From NCBI GenBank assembly GCA_965220085.1, contig CBDCOZ010000003.1:416001-480000 (forward strand): 64,000 nucleotides of DNA, given 5' to 3'. The position numbers were made by a program, and so were the translations under genes. Shown here piece after piece: positions 1 through 9,445 of this stretch; positions within the stretch are counted from its first letter, which is position 1, and each line of letters starts with the position of its first letter. A model generated the notes under the pieces. It was not told where the DNA came from. It did no database searches and saw only the letters and a list, made by a program, of their open reading frames with translations. The stretch comes from Candidatus Oxydemutatoraceae bacterium. GTDB taxonomy: Bacteria > Pseudomonadota > Gammaproteobacteria > Poriferisulfidales > Oxydemutatoraceae.

Positions 1-94
1 CGAGCGGTGGGCGATGTGATGCGGGGTTGTCGACCGATGATGAAAGCGCGGCGACAATTTATTACAATGAATACATTTTGACGGGGAAGCTTAT

Positions 95-838
95 ATGGCG
101 GGCCATAGCAAATGGGCAAATATACAGCACCGCAAGAAGGCGCAGGACGCAAAGCGCGGCAAGCTGTTTACAAAATTAATCCGCGAAATTTCGGTGGCGG
201 CGAGAATAGGCGGCGCACAGCCGGATGGCAACCCTCGTTTGCGTCTTGCGATAGCCAAAGCTCTGGAAGCGAATGTCAGCAAGGCGAATATTGAGCGCGT
301 GATCAAACGCAGTACCGGAGAGGCCGACGGAGCCGCATATCAGAGTTTGACCTATGAGGGTTACGCGACCGGAGGCATCGCGGTGTTGGTCGAGTGCATG
401 ACGGACAATAAGAACCGCGCGGTGGCGGAAGTGCGCCATGTGTTTGGCCGTTATGGCGGCAAGCTCGGCACCGCCGGTTCGGTCGCCTATCTGTTCAAAC
501 AAAGAGGCGCGCTGGACTATTCCAAAGAACACGATGAGGATGCGATCGTCGAGGCGACGCTGGAAGCCGGCGGCGATGATGTGGTCACAAACGACGACGG
601 CATTCGGGTGCTGACCGAACCCGCCGACCTGCTCGTTGTGCGCGACAAGATGGCGGCGGCGGGGTTTGTCGCGCAGAATTGCGAGTATGAGATGTATCCG
701 TCGGATTCGATCGCGGTGGAAGGCGATACCGCCGCCGGCGTGCTGCGCCTTTTGCAAGCGCTGGATGATTGCGAAGATGTTCAGAATGTGTATTGCAATG
801 CGGATTTCCCGAGCAATATATTGTCGGCGGCGGAATGA
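95..838 (+). CDS. yebC: YebC/PmpR family DNA-binding regulator
   Basis: MAGHSKWANIQHRK N-terminus, YEGY and TDNKNR motifs; lies upstream of ruvC. Confidence 0.97.
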   Translation: MAGHSKWANIQHRKKAQDAKRGKLFTKLIREISVAARIGGAQPDGNPRLRLAIAKALEANVSKANIERVIKRSTGEADGAAYQSLTYEGYATGGIAVLVECMTDNKNRAVAEVRHVFGRYGGKLGTAGSVAYLFKQRGALDYSKEHDEDAIVEATLEAGGDDVVTNDDGIRVLTEPADLLVVRDKMAAAGFVAQNCEYEMYPSDSIAVEGDTAAGVLRLLQALDDCEDVQNVYCNADFPSNILSAAE

Positions 839-1335
839 AGGACGAGCGCATTCTCGGCATCGATCCCGGTTTTCGGGTCAGCGGCTATGCGCTGATTGAA
901 AGCGACGGCAACGCGCATCGCTATATTGAAAGCGGCATTATCGATGTGACGAAATTGGAGTTGCCGCAACGCCTCGGCGCTATCTTTGATGCCGTGGCGG
1001 AAGTCATCGCCCGTTGCAAGCCCGATGCGGCGAGCGTGGAAGAGGTGTTTATGTCAAAGAACGCGCGCTCGGCGTTGGTGCTCGGACAGGCGCGCGGCGC
1101 CGCGATTTGCGCGGCCATCAAAGCCGGCCTGCCGGTGCACGAATACAACGCCAAGGCGATCAAGAAGTCGGTTACCGGCAGCGGCGGCGCGGACAAGAAT
1201 CAAGTGCGGTATATGGTTTGTCGTTTGTTACAGATCGCGGAGCGCGATTACCGGGATGAGACCGATGCGATGGCCATCGCCCTGTGCCATTCGTTTCACC
1301 GGCCGTCGGTTTTGCTTGCGGAGGCCGCGACATGA
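835..1335 (+). CDS. ruvC: Holliday junction resolvase RuvC
   Basis: ILGIDPG, LGQARG, DETDAMAIA; ATG at 835 overlaps the yebC stop. Confidence 0.97.
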   Translation: MKDERILGIDPGFRVSGYALIESDGNAHRYIESGIIDVTKLELPQRLGAIFDAVAEVIARCKPDAASVEEVFMSKNARSALVLGQARGAAICAAIKAGLPVHEYNAKAIKKSVTGSGGADKNQVRYMVCRLLQIAERDYRDETDAMAIALCHSFHRPSVLLAEAAT

Positions 1336-1928
1336 TCGCCCGTTTGACCGGCGAGTTGATTTTTAAGCAACCGCCTTTTTTGATGATCGATGTGAACAAT
1401 GTGTCTTACGAGATGCAGGCTCCTATGTGCACTTTCTATGCGCTGCCGGAGGTCGGTTCGCAAGTCACGGTATTGACCCATCTGCTGGTGCGCGAAGATG
1501 CGCATACGTTGTATGCGTTTATGAATATCTGCGACAGAGCTTTGTTCAAAGAATTGCTCAAAGTGAGCGGCATCGGCGCCAAGATAGGTCTGGCGATTTT
1601 GTCGGGCATGGATGTTGCGACTTTTCGCGAGTGCATCGGCGCGCGCGATGCGCAGGCCCTGACGCATGTGCCCGGCATCGGCCAGAAAACCGCCGAGCGG
1701 CTCATCGTTGAGATGCGCAGCCGCTTGGACAGCGGCTTCTGGAGCGATGTCCGCGGCGGCGACGGCAAAACGGCGGCCACGACCGAAGATGTGCGCAGTC
1801 AGGCGCAGGAAGCATTGGTGGCTCTCGGCTATAAGAGCGGCGACGCCAAGCGGATGCTCAAGCCGCTTGATATCGCGGACAAAAATATCGAGCAAGTCAT
1901 TCGCGAGGCGCTGAAAGGCGGCGCGTGA
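1332..1928 (+). CDS. ruvA: Holliday junction branch migration protein RuvA
   Basis: MIARLTG start, VREDA, HhH motifs VSGIGAK and VPGIGQKTAERL. Confidence 0.97.
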   Translation: MIARLTGELIFKQPPFLMIDVNNVSYEMQAPMCTFYALPEVGSQVTVLTHLLVREDAHTLYAFMNICDRALFKELLKVSGIGAKIGLAILSGMDVATFRECIGARDAQALTHVPGIGQKTAERLIVEMRSRLDSGFWSDVRGGDGKTAATTEDVRSQAQEALVALGYKSGDAKRMLKPLDIADKNIEQVIREALKGGA

Positions 1929-1949
1929 CGGATTAACGAGGACAGCGGC

Positions 1950-2987
1950 ATGGCGGACCCCGACTTGATGACCGGCGACGAACTGAGCGGCGAAGAGACC
2001 TTTGATGACAGCATTCGCCCGCGCCGCTTGGGCGAGTACATCGGCCAGCGGAAAGTCAAAGAGCAGATGGAGATCTTCATCAAAGCGGCCAAGGCGCGGC
2101 GCGAGCCGCTTGATCATGTGCTGGTCTTTGGTCCGCCGGGACTCGGCAAGACCACCCTGGCGCATGTGATAGCAAACGAGATGGAGGCCGCGCTCAAGCA
2201 AACGAGCGGTCCGATTTTAGAGAAGGCGGGCGATCTTGCCGCGCTGCTGACGAATTTGGAGCCGCACGATGTGTTGTTTATAGACGAGATTCATCGTCTC
2301 AACCCGTCGGTCGAAGAGATTCTGTATCCGGCGCTGGAAGACTTTCAACTGGATATCGTTCTCGGCGAAGGCCCGGCGGCGCGCTCCATAAAGCTTGATC
2401 TGCCGCCGTTTACGCTGGTCGGGGCGACGACCCGCGCCGGTTTGCTGACCTCGCCGTTGCGCGATCGCTTCGGTATCGCGCAACACCTTGAATTTTATGA
2501 CACGCAAGATTTGTCAAACATCGTGCTTCGTTCGGCGCGCATTTTGGGCTCCGTGATTGACGACAAAGGCGCGTATGAAATTGCGCGCCGCTCGCGCGGT
2601 ACGCCGCGCATTGCCAATCGCTTGTTGCGCCGAGTGCGCGACTATGCCGAGGTCAAGCAAGACGGCGCGATCAACCCGACAGTGGCCGACGACGCGCTCA
2701 ATATGCTCGATGTGGATCAAAACGGTTTGGATGTGATGGACCGTCGTTTGTTGCGAACGATGATAGAAAAGTTTAACGGCGGCCCGGTCGGTATCGGCAG
2801 TCTTGCCGTTTCTATTAACGAGGAGCGGGATACGATAGAAGACATCCTTGAGCCGTTCCTGATTCAAAGCGGGTTTCTGATCAGAACCCCGCGCGGGCGG
2901 CTGGTCACCGACGCCGCCTATCAATTGTTCGGCTTGGAACCGCCGCCGCGACCGGCGGCGGGGACGGGCAACCGCGATTTATTCTGA
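1950..2987 (+). CDS. ruvB: Holliday junction DNA helicase RuvB
   Basis: GPPGLGKTT Walker [27 protein letters not shown]. Confidence 0.99.
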   Translation: MADPDLMTGDELSGEETFDDSIRPRRLGEYIGQRKVKEQMEIFIKAAKARREPLDHVLVFGPPGLGKTTLAHVIANEMEAALKQTSGPILEKAGDLAALLTNLEPHDVLFIDEIHRLNPSVEEILYPALEDFQLDIVLGEGPAARSIKLDLPPFTLVGATTRAGLLTSPLRDRFGIAQHLEFYDTQDLSNIVLRSARILGSVIDDKGAYEIARRSRGTPRIANRLLRRVRDYAEVKQDGAINPTVADDALNMLDVDQNGLDVMDRRLLRTMIEKFNGGPVGIGSLAVSINEERDTIEDILEPFLIQSGFLIRTPRGRLVTDAAYQLFGLEPPPRPAAGTGNRDLF

Positions 2988-2995
2988 GGATTGCC

Positions 2996-3391
2996 ATGGC
3001 GCGGGAGTGTCGCCGCTCGGTCGGGGTTTGTTACGAAGCTGCCGCTGCCAAAGGGGGCGTATATCATGCAAATTGCTTGCGTTTTCTTGCGCCGGCACGC
3101 GCCGAATGATCGCGTTCTCAGGGTTTTGCGCGGGATGCGTTAAAATTGGAGCAACGGGTCGCTGTGAAGGCGGTTGCGGCGAATACCGCAAGCCCGCTGT
3201 TTGTAATGACTTGTTCATGCTGTCGGTACGGCAGCGTTAAAGGGGCGAGTTTTGAGCGGCGGCATATGCGCCACAGCGATGAAGAGCCCGAAGCGTCGGC
3301 CAAAGCCGATATGACTGTCGCTTGTGTTGCAAGCGAGAGTATGCGGCCGATTCCAAATAATATAGCGGGGAGAATATCCAATGCAACCTGA
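2996..3391 (+). pseudogene. ybgC: Degraded tol-pal acyl-CoA thioesterase YbgC
   Basis: From ATG 2996 reads MARECRRSVGVCYEAAAAKGGVYHANCLRFLAPARAE then TGA (3107-3109), like YbgC VRVYYEDTDAGGVVYHA..F.ERARTE; EYRKPAVCNDL and ADMTVACV..ESMRPIP follow in other frames; canonical position before tolQ. Confidence 0.8.
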
Positions 3392-4079
3392 ATTAAATGT
3401 TTTTTCTTTAATCGCAGAGGCGACTTTTCTCGTCCAACTCGTGATATTGATACTGATACTTGCTTCGGTTATAAGTTGGACTTTCATCATAGCCCGCTAT
3501 CGCGACTTCAAGAATGTGCAACAAGAAGCCGATCAGTTTGAACAGCGGTTTTGGTCCGATGTGGATCTGTCGCAGTTATACGGCGATGTGGAAAAAGAGG
3601 GCCCGCAGGGAGGTCTGGCGACTATTTTTTCAACCGGCTTCAGCGAATATGTGCGCCTGCATAAGCAGGGAGCGTTGTCCCCTCTGGCGATTGCGGATAC
3701 CGCCGTGCGCTCTATGAAAGTGGCGCTGGCAAAAGAGGCGAATGCGTTGAACAGACACCTCAATTTCCTGGCCACGGTCGGCTCAACAGCCCCTTATATC
3801 GGGCTTTTCGGCACTGTCTGGGGCATCATGCACTCGTTTTTGGCATTGCAGAATGTGCAACAGGCTACGCTGTCTCTGGTCGCTCCCGGAATTGCCGAGG
3901 CCCTGATTGCGACGGCGATGGGTTTGTTTGCGGCGATCCCCGCTGTCATTGCTTACAACCGTTTTAGCGAGCGGACAAATAATCTGCTTGCCCGCTACGA
4001 CAACTTTATCGAGGAATTTACCGCTATCTTGCATCGTCAGGTGCATCGCGGTCAGGAAGGGAACCGAGAGCATGGCTGA
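3381..4079 (+). CDS. tolQ: TolQ
   Basis: FLATVGSTAPYIGLFGTVWGIM, APGIAEALIATAMGLFAAIPAV. Confidence 0.97.
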   Translation: MQPELNVFSLIAEATFLVQLVILILILASVISWTFIIARYRDFKNVQQEADQFEQRFWSDVDLSQLYGDVEKEGPQGGLATIFSTGFSEYVRLHKQGALSPLAIADTAVRSMKVALAKEANALNRHLNFLATVGSTAPYIGLFGTVWGIMHSFLALQNVQQATLSLVAPGIAEALIATAMGLFAAIPAVIAYNRFSERTNNLLARYDNFIEEFTAILHRQVHRGQEGNREHG

Positions 4080-4497
4080 TTTTCGCGCGCACCGCCCGAT
4101 GGCGGAGATCAACATCGTTCCGTATATCGATGTGATGCTGGTCCTGCTCATTATTTTCATGGTGACCGCTCCTTTGATTCAGCAAGGGGTTGAGATCAGC
4201 CTGCCGGAGGCGGCCGCGGAAGTTTTGGAGAGCGCGCCCGAGGTCGAGCCGCTGATCGTGACGGTTGATCAGAGGGGGAGGTTTTTTGTCAACCAGGGCG
4301 CGCGCGCCAATCAGGCGGTGACCGAAGACATCCTGTTTGCGGAACTCAAGCCGTTGCTTGCGGGCGCATCTGCGGCGCCGGTGTATGTTCGCGGCGACCG
4401 CAATGTCGCGTATGAGCATGTAATGACCGCGATGGTCGTGTTGCAGAGAGCCGGCGCGGGCGATATCGGATTGATTACGCGCCCGCCCGCAAACTAG
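4072..4497 (+). CDS. tolR: TolR
   Basis: AEINIVPYIDVMLVLLIIFMVTAP. Confidence 0.95.
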   Translation: MADFRAHRPMAEINIVPYIDVMLVLLIIFMVTAPLIQQGVEISLPEAAAEVLESAPEVEPLIVTVDQRGRFFVNQGARANQAVTEDILFAELKPLLAGASAAPVYVRGDRNVAYEHVMTAMVVLQRAGAGDIGLITRPPAN

Positions 4498-4515
4498 GCG
4501 CGGTCAAGACAATAG

Positions 4516-5337
4516 ATGCGCGCGCTCATACCATCATCGGCAATCCTCTCTTTATTGCTTCACGGCCTGATTGTCCTCATTGTCGGGTTTACTTTTGTGT
4601 CGTGCACCGGCGCGATGACACCGAGCGCCGAAGAGCCGGCGCAGGAGGACGAAGTGATCAAGGCCACGATGCTGACCGAAGAGGAGGCCATGCGGTATTA
4701 CGAGCACAAGCGTCAGAAGGAAGAAGCGTTGCGCCGTTTGCGAGCGGAGAAGGCGGCGGCCGAGAAGAAGCGCAAGGAACTGGAGCGCGCCAGAAAAAAG
4801 GCGCAACAAATGAAGTTGCAGGAGCGCAAGCGCGCCGAGCAATTGCGCATTGAGGAACAGAAGCGCGCCGCGCAAGAAGCGAAAAAGCGCGCCGAGGAAT
4901 TGCGGCGGGAAGCGTTGCGCAAAGAAGAGGCGGCGCGCATGGCAAGAGAAGAAGAATTGCGGCGGGCCGAGCAGGAAGCCTTGCGCAAGGCCGAGTTGGA
5001 GCGGTTAAACGCCGAGCATCAGGAGAAGATCAGGATGCGGAAGTTGCAAATCAGGGCCTGGACGAGGCAGTACATCGGCATGTTACGGGGGAGCGTGGAG
5101 GCGCGCTGGAAGAAGCCTCCCGCCAGTATCAAAGGCGGGGAATGCGTCGTGCGCGTGCGGCAGGAAAAAGACGGCACAATTGTCGATGTAAAGGTTGTCA
5201 GTTGCGCCGGCGATAAGCTGTACCGCTTGTCGGTCGTAGAAGCGGTGTGGAAGGCAAATCCGTTGCCCGCTCCGCCGGCAGACGATGTTTTTGATGCCGA
5301 GATTGAATTAACTTTTAAGCAGGAGTACGGAGGGTGA
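4516..5337 (+). CDS. tolA: TolA
   Basis: N-terminal TM with SLLLH, E/K/A/R-rich helical linker, TonB_C-like end; lies between tolR and tolB. Confidence 0.9.
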   Translation: MRALIPSSAILSLLLHGLIVLIVGFTFVSCTGAMTPSAEEPAQEDEVIKATMLTEEEAMRYYEHKRQKEEALRRLRAEKAAAEKKRKELERARKKAQQMKLQERKRAEQLRIEEQKRAAQEAKKRAEELRREALRKEEAARMAREEELRRAEQEALRKAELERLNAEHQEKIRMRKLQIRAWTRQYIGMLRGSVEARWKKPPASIKGGECVVRVRQEKDGTIVDVKVVSCAGDKLYRLSVVEAVWKANPLPAPPADDVFDAEIELTFKQEYGG

Positions 5338-6632
5338 TGTCGTATCGTTTTCATTTGTTATGGTTTGTCGTATCGGTATTGCTTGCCGCGCCGTCGGCAT
5401 CCGCGCGTCTTCAGGTTGAGATTACCGAAGGGGTCGAGGGCGGCATACCGGTTGCGGTGAGCGCTTTTGTCAATGAGCCGCAGGATGCCGCGCGCACATA
5501 CAGCAGAATTGTCGCTTCCGACCTTGCCTATAGCGGCTTGTTCAGTTTGGTTTCGGCCAAGGAGTTTGCAACCCTGGCCTTGCCGACCGACGCCCCGCAG
5601 ACCTATGATGCCTGGCATGAGAAAGGGATTGAAAAAATAGTCGGCGGCACGGTCGAGCAGGATAAGCTGCGGATCGTTCTGTTTGATGTGGTGCAAAAAA
5701 AGCGGCTTGCCGAATGGAGCATTCAAGTGCCCGGCGCTTCCCACGACCAAATTGCCCACCACGCCAGCGACTTGATCTACGAAGAGTTGACGGGCGTGAA
5801 GGGCATCTTCAGAACCAAAATAGCGTTTGTCAGTTCGGAATGGGTCAGTTATCGCGCGCGCAATTACCGCCTCAACATCGCCGATGCCGACGGCCATAAC
5901 ATCATCAGCATCTTTGACTCCAAAAAGCCGCTGATGACTCCGAGTTGGGCGCCGGATGGCAAACGTATCGTGTATATATCGTATGAAAACGGCGCGCCCC
6001 AGTTGTTTATGCAAGAACTTGAAACCGCCGAGCGCACCAACCTCTCGGTGACGCGCGGGCTTGGCAACGCAAACTCGCCGGAATGGTCCGATGACGGCAG
6101 TAAGATTGCGTTTGTCTCGTCAAAAGACGGCAACCCAGAAATATATGCGTATGACCTTGCGGCTTCCAAGTTGATCCGCATGACAGATAGCATTGCGATC
6201 GATACCGAGCCCAGTTGGGCGCCGAATAATACTTTGTATTTCACTTCCGATCGCAGCGGCAGTCCGCAGGTTTATCGGATTGTGCCGGGCGCCGGCAACC
6301 GGGCGGAGCGCATCACATTTGTCGGCGATTACAACTCGGATGCGGATATTTCCCCGCAAGGCGACAAGCTCGCCTATGCGAGCGCCAAAGGCGCGCGCTC
6401 GTCCATTGTGGTCAGGGATCTGGGCGCCGCCGGAGAGCTTGAATTGAGTTTTGGCAGTTTGGATGAGCGGCCGCGCTTCGCGCCGAACGGTCGCTTGCTG
6501 AGCTATCTGACTCAGGACGGATCGCGCAATGTGCTCGGTCTGGCAACGGTTGACGGCGTCTTCGGCAAGCTGGTGCCGGTCGAAGCCTCTTATGCGCGCG
6601 GCATATCGTGGTCTCCGTTACCGCGTCAATGA
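5334..6632 (+). CDS. tolB: TolB
   Basis: Signal peptide, LQVEIT, PD40 repeats (PSWAPDG, PEWSDDG, FTSDRSGSPQVY). Confidence 0.95.
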   Translation: MMSYRFHLLWFVVSVLLAAPSASARLQVEITEGVEGGIPVAVSAFVNEPQDAARTYSRIVASDLAYSGLFSLVSAKEFATLALPTDAPQTYDAWHEKGIEKIVGGTVEQDKLRIVLFDVVQKKRLAEWSIQVPGASHDQIAHHASDLIYEELTGVKGIFRTKIAFVSSEWVSYRARNYRLNIADADGHNIISIFDSKKPLMTPSWAPDGKRIVYISYENGAPQLFMQELETAERTNLSVTRGLGNANSPEWSDDGSKIAFVSSKDGNPEIYAYDLAASKLIRMTDSIAIDTEPSWAPNNTLYFTSDRSGSPQVYRIVPGAGNRAERITFVGDYNSDADISPQGDKLAYASAKGARSSIVVRDLGAAGELELSFGSLDERPRFAPNGRLLSYLTQDGSRNVLGLATVDGVFGKLVPVEASYARGISWSPLPRQ

Positions 6633-7582
6633 AAAGCATCATGGCACGAGCGCTGTTCGCGGCAATAGCCTCCGTATTTTTTGCGACGGCGGTCGGGGCG
6701 CAGCCCGCGGACAGCGCGTTGTTGACAGAATTGCTCAACCGCATTGAGCATCTGCAAAGCGAATTGGCGTCGGTGCGCGGCGAGAACGAACGCTTGCGAC
6801 ACGAGTTGGAGCGGTTCAAACGCAATACGGAAGAGAATTTCAAGCGCTTGCAAAGCGGCGAGTTTGGCAACGCCGCCGCCGCTGCGGAAGGCGATGGCGC
6901 CGGTACGGATACGGAACGCGCGGTTCCCGCCGATGCGGATGCGCAAGAAGCGACCAAGGCGGCGCCCGAGGCGACGGCGGAGACGCCCCCTGAGGAGGCG
7001 GTCGCAGAGTCCGAATCCGCAGAAAGCGCATTGCCGCCGGCTATGCCCTCTGAGGCGTCTGCGGAGACGCCATCTGAGGAGGCGGTCGCAGAATCCGAAT
7101 CCACAGAAAGCGCTGTGCCGCCGGCTGCCGCCGAGACAGCGGAGACTATGCCGCTGGCAACTATCGGCGCCGCCGTATCCGACGACGCTTTGGATGAACA
7201 GGAGTATTTTTCCTACCGCAATGCGATGAAGCCGCTGGAGGATGCCGATTATGCCAAGGCGCGCAAGCGCTTCGCGCGGTTTTTGCGCAAATATCCCCAA
7301 GGCAAGTATGCGGCGGATGCGAAGTATTGGGTTGCCGAATCGTACTACATTGCCAACAACTATAATCTTGCCGAACGTTATTACAAACAGGTCATTGCCA
7401 ATCACAAAGATCACAGGATGCACGACGAAGCGCTTCTCAGAATCGCCTCCATTCGCGAGACGCGCGCCGAGTGGGACGGCGCCAGAGCGGTATTGCAGAA
7501 ACTGAATAGCGAATCACAGGATGAAAAAATTCGCGCGCTCGCAAAAAGACGTCTTGAACGCCTCACACGCGAAGGCCGATAA
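6629..7582 (+). CDS. cpoB: Tol-pal system protein CpoB/YbgF with an acidic linker carrying an 84-bp internal duplication
   Basis: Signal peptide, coiled coil, C-terminal TPR (YPQGKYAADAKYWVAESYY); ETPPEEAVAESES-like unit occurs twice (about 6977 and 7061). Confidence 0.88.
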   Translation: MKSIMARALFAAIASVFFATAVGAQPADSALLTELLNRIEHLQSELASVRGENERLRHELERFKRNTEENFKRLQSGEFGNAAAAAEGDGAGTDTERAVPADADAQEATKAAPEATAETPPEEAVAESESAESALPPAMPSEASAETPSEEAVAESESTESAVPPAAAETAETMPLATIGAAVSDDALDEQEYFSYRNAMKPLEDADYAKARKRFARFLRKYPQGKYAADAKYWVAESYYIANNYNLAERYYKQVIANHKDHRMHDEALLRIASIRETRAEWDGARAVLQKLNSESQDEKIRALAKRRLERLTREGR

Positions 7583-7605
7583 GCCGGCGCGCACAGCGGG
7601 TAATC

Positions 7606-8253
7606 ATGCCGACCGATACGCTCAGAATTACCGAGATATTTTATTCGTTGCAGGGTGAGTCGGTTTCTGCCGGCATACCGACCGTATTCATCCGCTTGAC
7701 CGGTTGCCCCTTGCGTTGTCGCTACTGCGACACCGCGTATGCGTTCCATGGCGGCACAACGATGGATGTCGCGCGGGTATTGCGCCGGGTCAAGGGCTAC
7801 GGCGCATCACACGCAACGGTTACCGGCGGCGAGCCTTTGGCGCAACCGGCCTGTCTGCCCTTGCTCGGCGGCCTCTGCGATGCGTCTTATGCGGTGTCAT
7901 TGGAGACGGGGGGCATGACGGACATTGCCGATGTGGATTCGCGGGTATCCATTGTGATGGACATCAAGACCCCGGCCTCGGGCGAGGAAGCGCGCAATCG
8001 ATATCAGAATATCGGCTTGCTCGGCGACAAAGATCAAGTCAAGTTTGTCATCGTCAATCGGAGCGATTACGACTGGGCAAAAGAAATCCTTTCCGACTAC
8101 AATTTGTCCGAGCGTTGTTGCGTTTTGTTCTCGCCGAGTTGGGGCGAGCAAGATGCGGCCGAGCTCGGCCAATGGGTGTTGCGCGACCGCCTCCCCGTCC
8201 GTTTGCAATTGCAGTTGCACAAGGTCTTGTGGGGCGATCAGAGGGGACGGTGA
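7606..8253 (+). CDS. queE: 7-carboxy-7-deazaguanine synthase QueE
   Basis: EIFYSLQGE, radical SAM CPLRCRYCD, TGGEPL, LQLHK. Confidence 0.97.
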   Translation: MPTDTLRITEIFYSLQGESVSAGIPTVFIRLTGCPLRCRYCDTAYAFHGGTTMDVARVLRRVKGYGASHATVTGGEPLAQPACLPLLGGLCDASYAVSLETGGMTDIADVDSRVSIVMDIKTPASGEEARNRYQNIGLLGDKDQVKFVIVNRSDYDWAKEILSDYNLSERCCVLFSPSWGEQDAAELGQWVLRDRLPVRLQLQLHKVLWGDQRGR

Positions 8254-8292
8254 TGGGCGAACTATGCGGCATAATCGGCGGGGCGGGGTGAG

Positions 8293-8991
8293 ATGGCGGG
8301 CGCTGCGGTGGTGCTATTATCGGGCGGCTTGGATTCGGCGACGGCGCTCGCTATTGCCAAGGCCGACGGCAAAACCTGCCATGCTTTGAGCATCGCCTAT
8401 GGCCAAAGACACATCGCCGAGGTCGCCGCCGCCCGGCGCGTTGCCCGCCACATCGGCGTGGCCGAACACAAGGCGCTGGAGATCGATCTGGCGGATATCG
8501 GTCGTTGCGCCTTGACCGACAAAACGCTTCCCGTTCCGACCGGGCCGCAAGAGGGCATTCCGCCGACTTATGTTCCGGCGCGCAATACGATTTTCTTATC
8601 GCTGGCATTGGCGTGGGCCGAGACGCTGCGTTGTGATGCGGTGTATATCGGCATCAATGCGATAGATTACTCGGGTTACCCCGATTGCAGACCGCGGTTC
8701 ATACGCGCCTTTCAAGACCTTGCCGATCTGGCGACACAAGCCGGAGCGGAAGGGCGCGGTTGTCGAATCGTCGCGCCGCTGCTTTTGCTCGGCAAGGCGG
8801 ATATCATCCGCCAAGGCGCGCAACTCGGAGTGGATTACTCCCTGACGGTTTCTTGCTATCAGGCCGACAGCGAAGGGCGGGCTTGCGGACAATGCGATGC
8901 GTGTTGTTTGCGCAAACAGGGTTTTGCCCAAGCGGGGATACCCGATCCGACTGTGTATCTGAATGATGCCGGAAATACGCCGGATTCCTGA
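8293..8991 (+). CDS. queC: 7-cyano-7-deazaguanine synthase QueC
   Basis: [26 protein letters not shown]. Confidence 0.97.
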   Translation: MAGAAVVLLSGGLDSATALAIAKADGKTCHALSIAYGQRHIAEVAAARRVARHIGVAEHKALEIDLADIGRCALTDKTLPVPTGPQEGIPPTYVPARNTIFLSLALAWAETLRCDAVYIGINAIDYSGYPDCRPRFIRAFQDLADLATQAGAEGRGCRIVAPLLLLGKADIIRQGAQLGVDYSLTVSCYQADSEGRACGQCDACCLRKQGFAQAGIPDPTVYLNDAGNTPDS

Positions 8992-9198
8992 TAGCAGATC
9001 CGTCATGACTGATGCCGGAAATATGCCGGATTCCTTGTATCCGCACGGCATGCGACAGCAACACATCGGCTACGGCATCGCAGATTCCTAATAAAATGGC
9101 TATTTTCGCCGCAAAGGAGGCATCTCTATGAGCCCTGAGACCAAACCTGAAGCCCTGCCCCAGATGCCCGATATTCATGGCCTCAAACGGGCGCTTGC

Positions 9199-9438
9199 AT
9201 GATTTGCACTTTGTGGTATAGTGCGACACTTAAACAATCCACAAGCAACTGAGTGTTGTTTGTGTGCATATATCGTATAATTACATTTGCTAGAAACAGG
9301 AGATCAGACATTTGTAGATGACTTGCATTTTGTGGCAGCGTACAGCACTAAGAGTGCCAACACTAAACAATCCACAAACAGTTAAATATTGTTTGTGTGC
9401 ATACACTGTGCAACTGCATCCGCTAGAAACAGGAGACA
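9199..9438 (+). repeat. Diverged tandem duplication (about 133-bp period) of a promoter/RBS region, each copy holding a 25-bp palindrome
   Basis: Both copies read TAAACAATCCACAA.CA..T.A.T.TTGTTTGTGTGCATA...GCTAGAAACAGGAGA; palindromes at 9240-9264 and 9373-9397. Confidence 0.8.
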
Positions 9439-9445
9439 TGCCATC

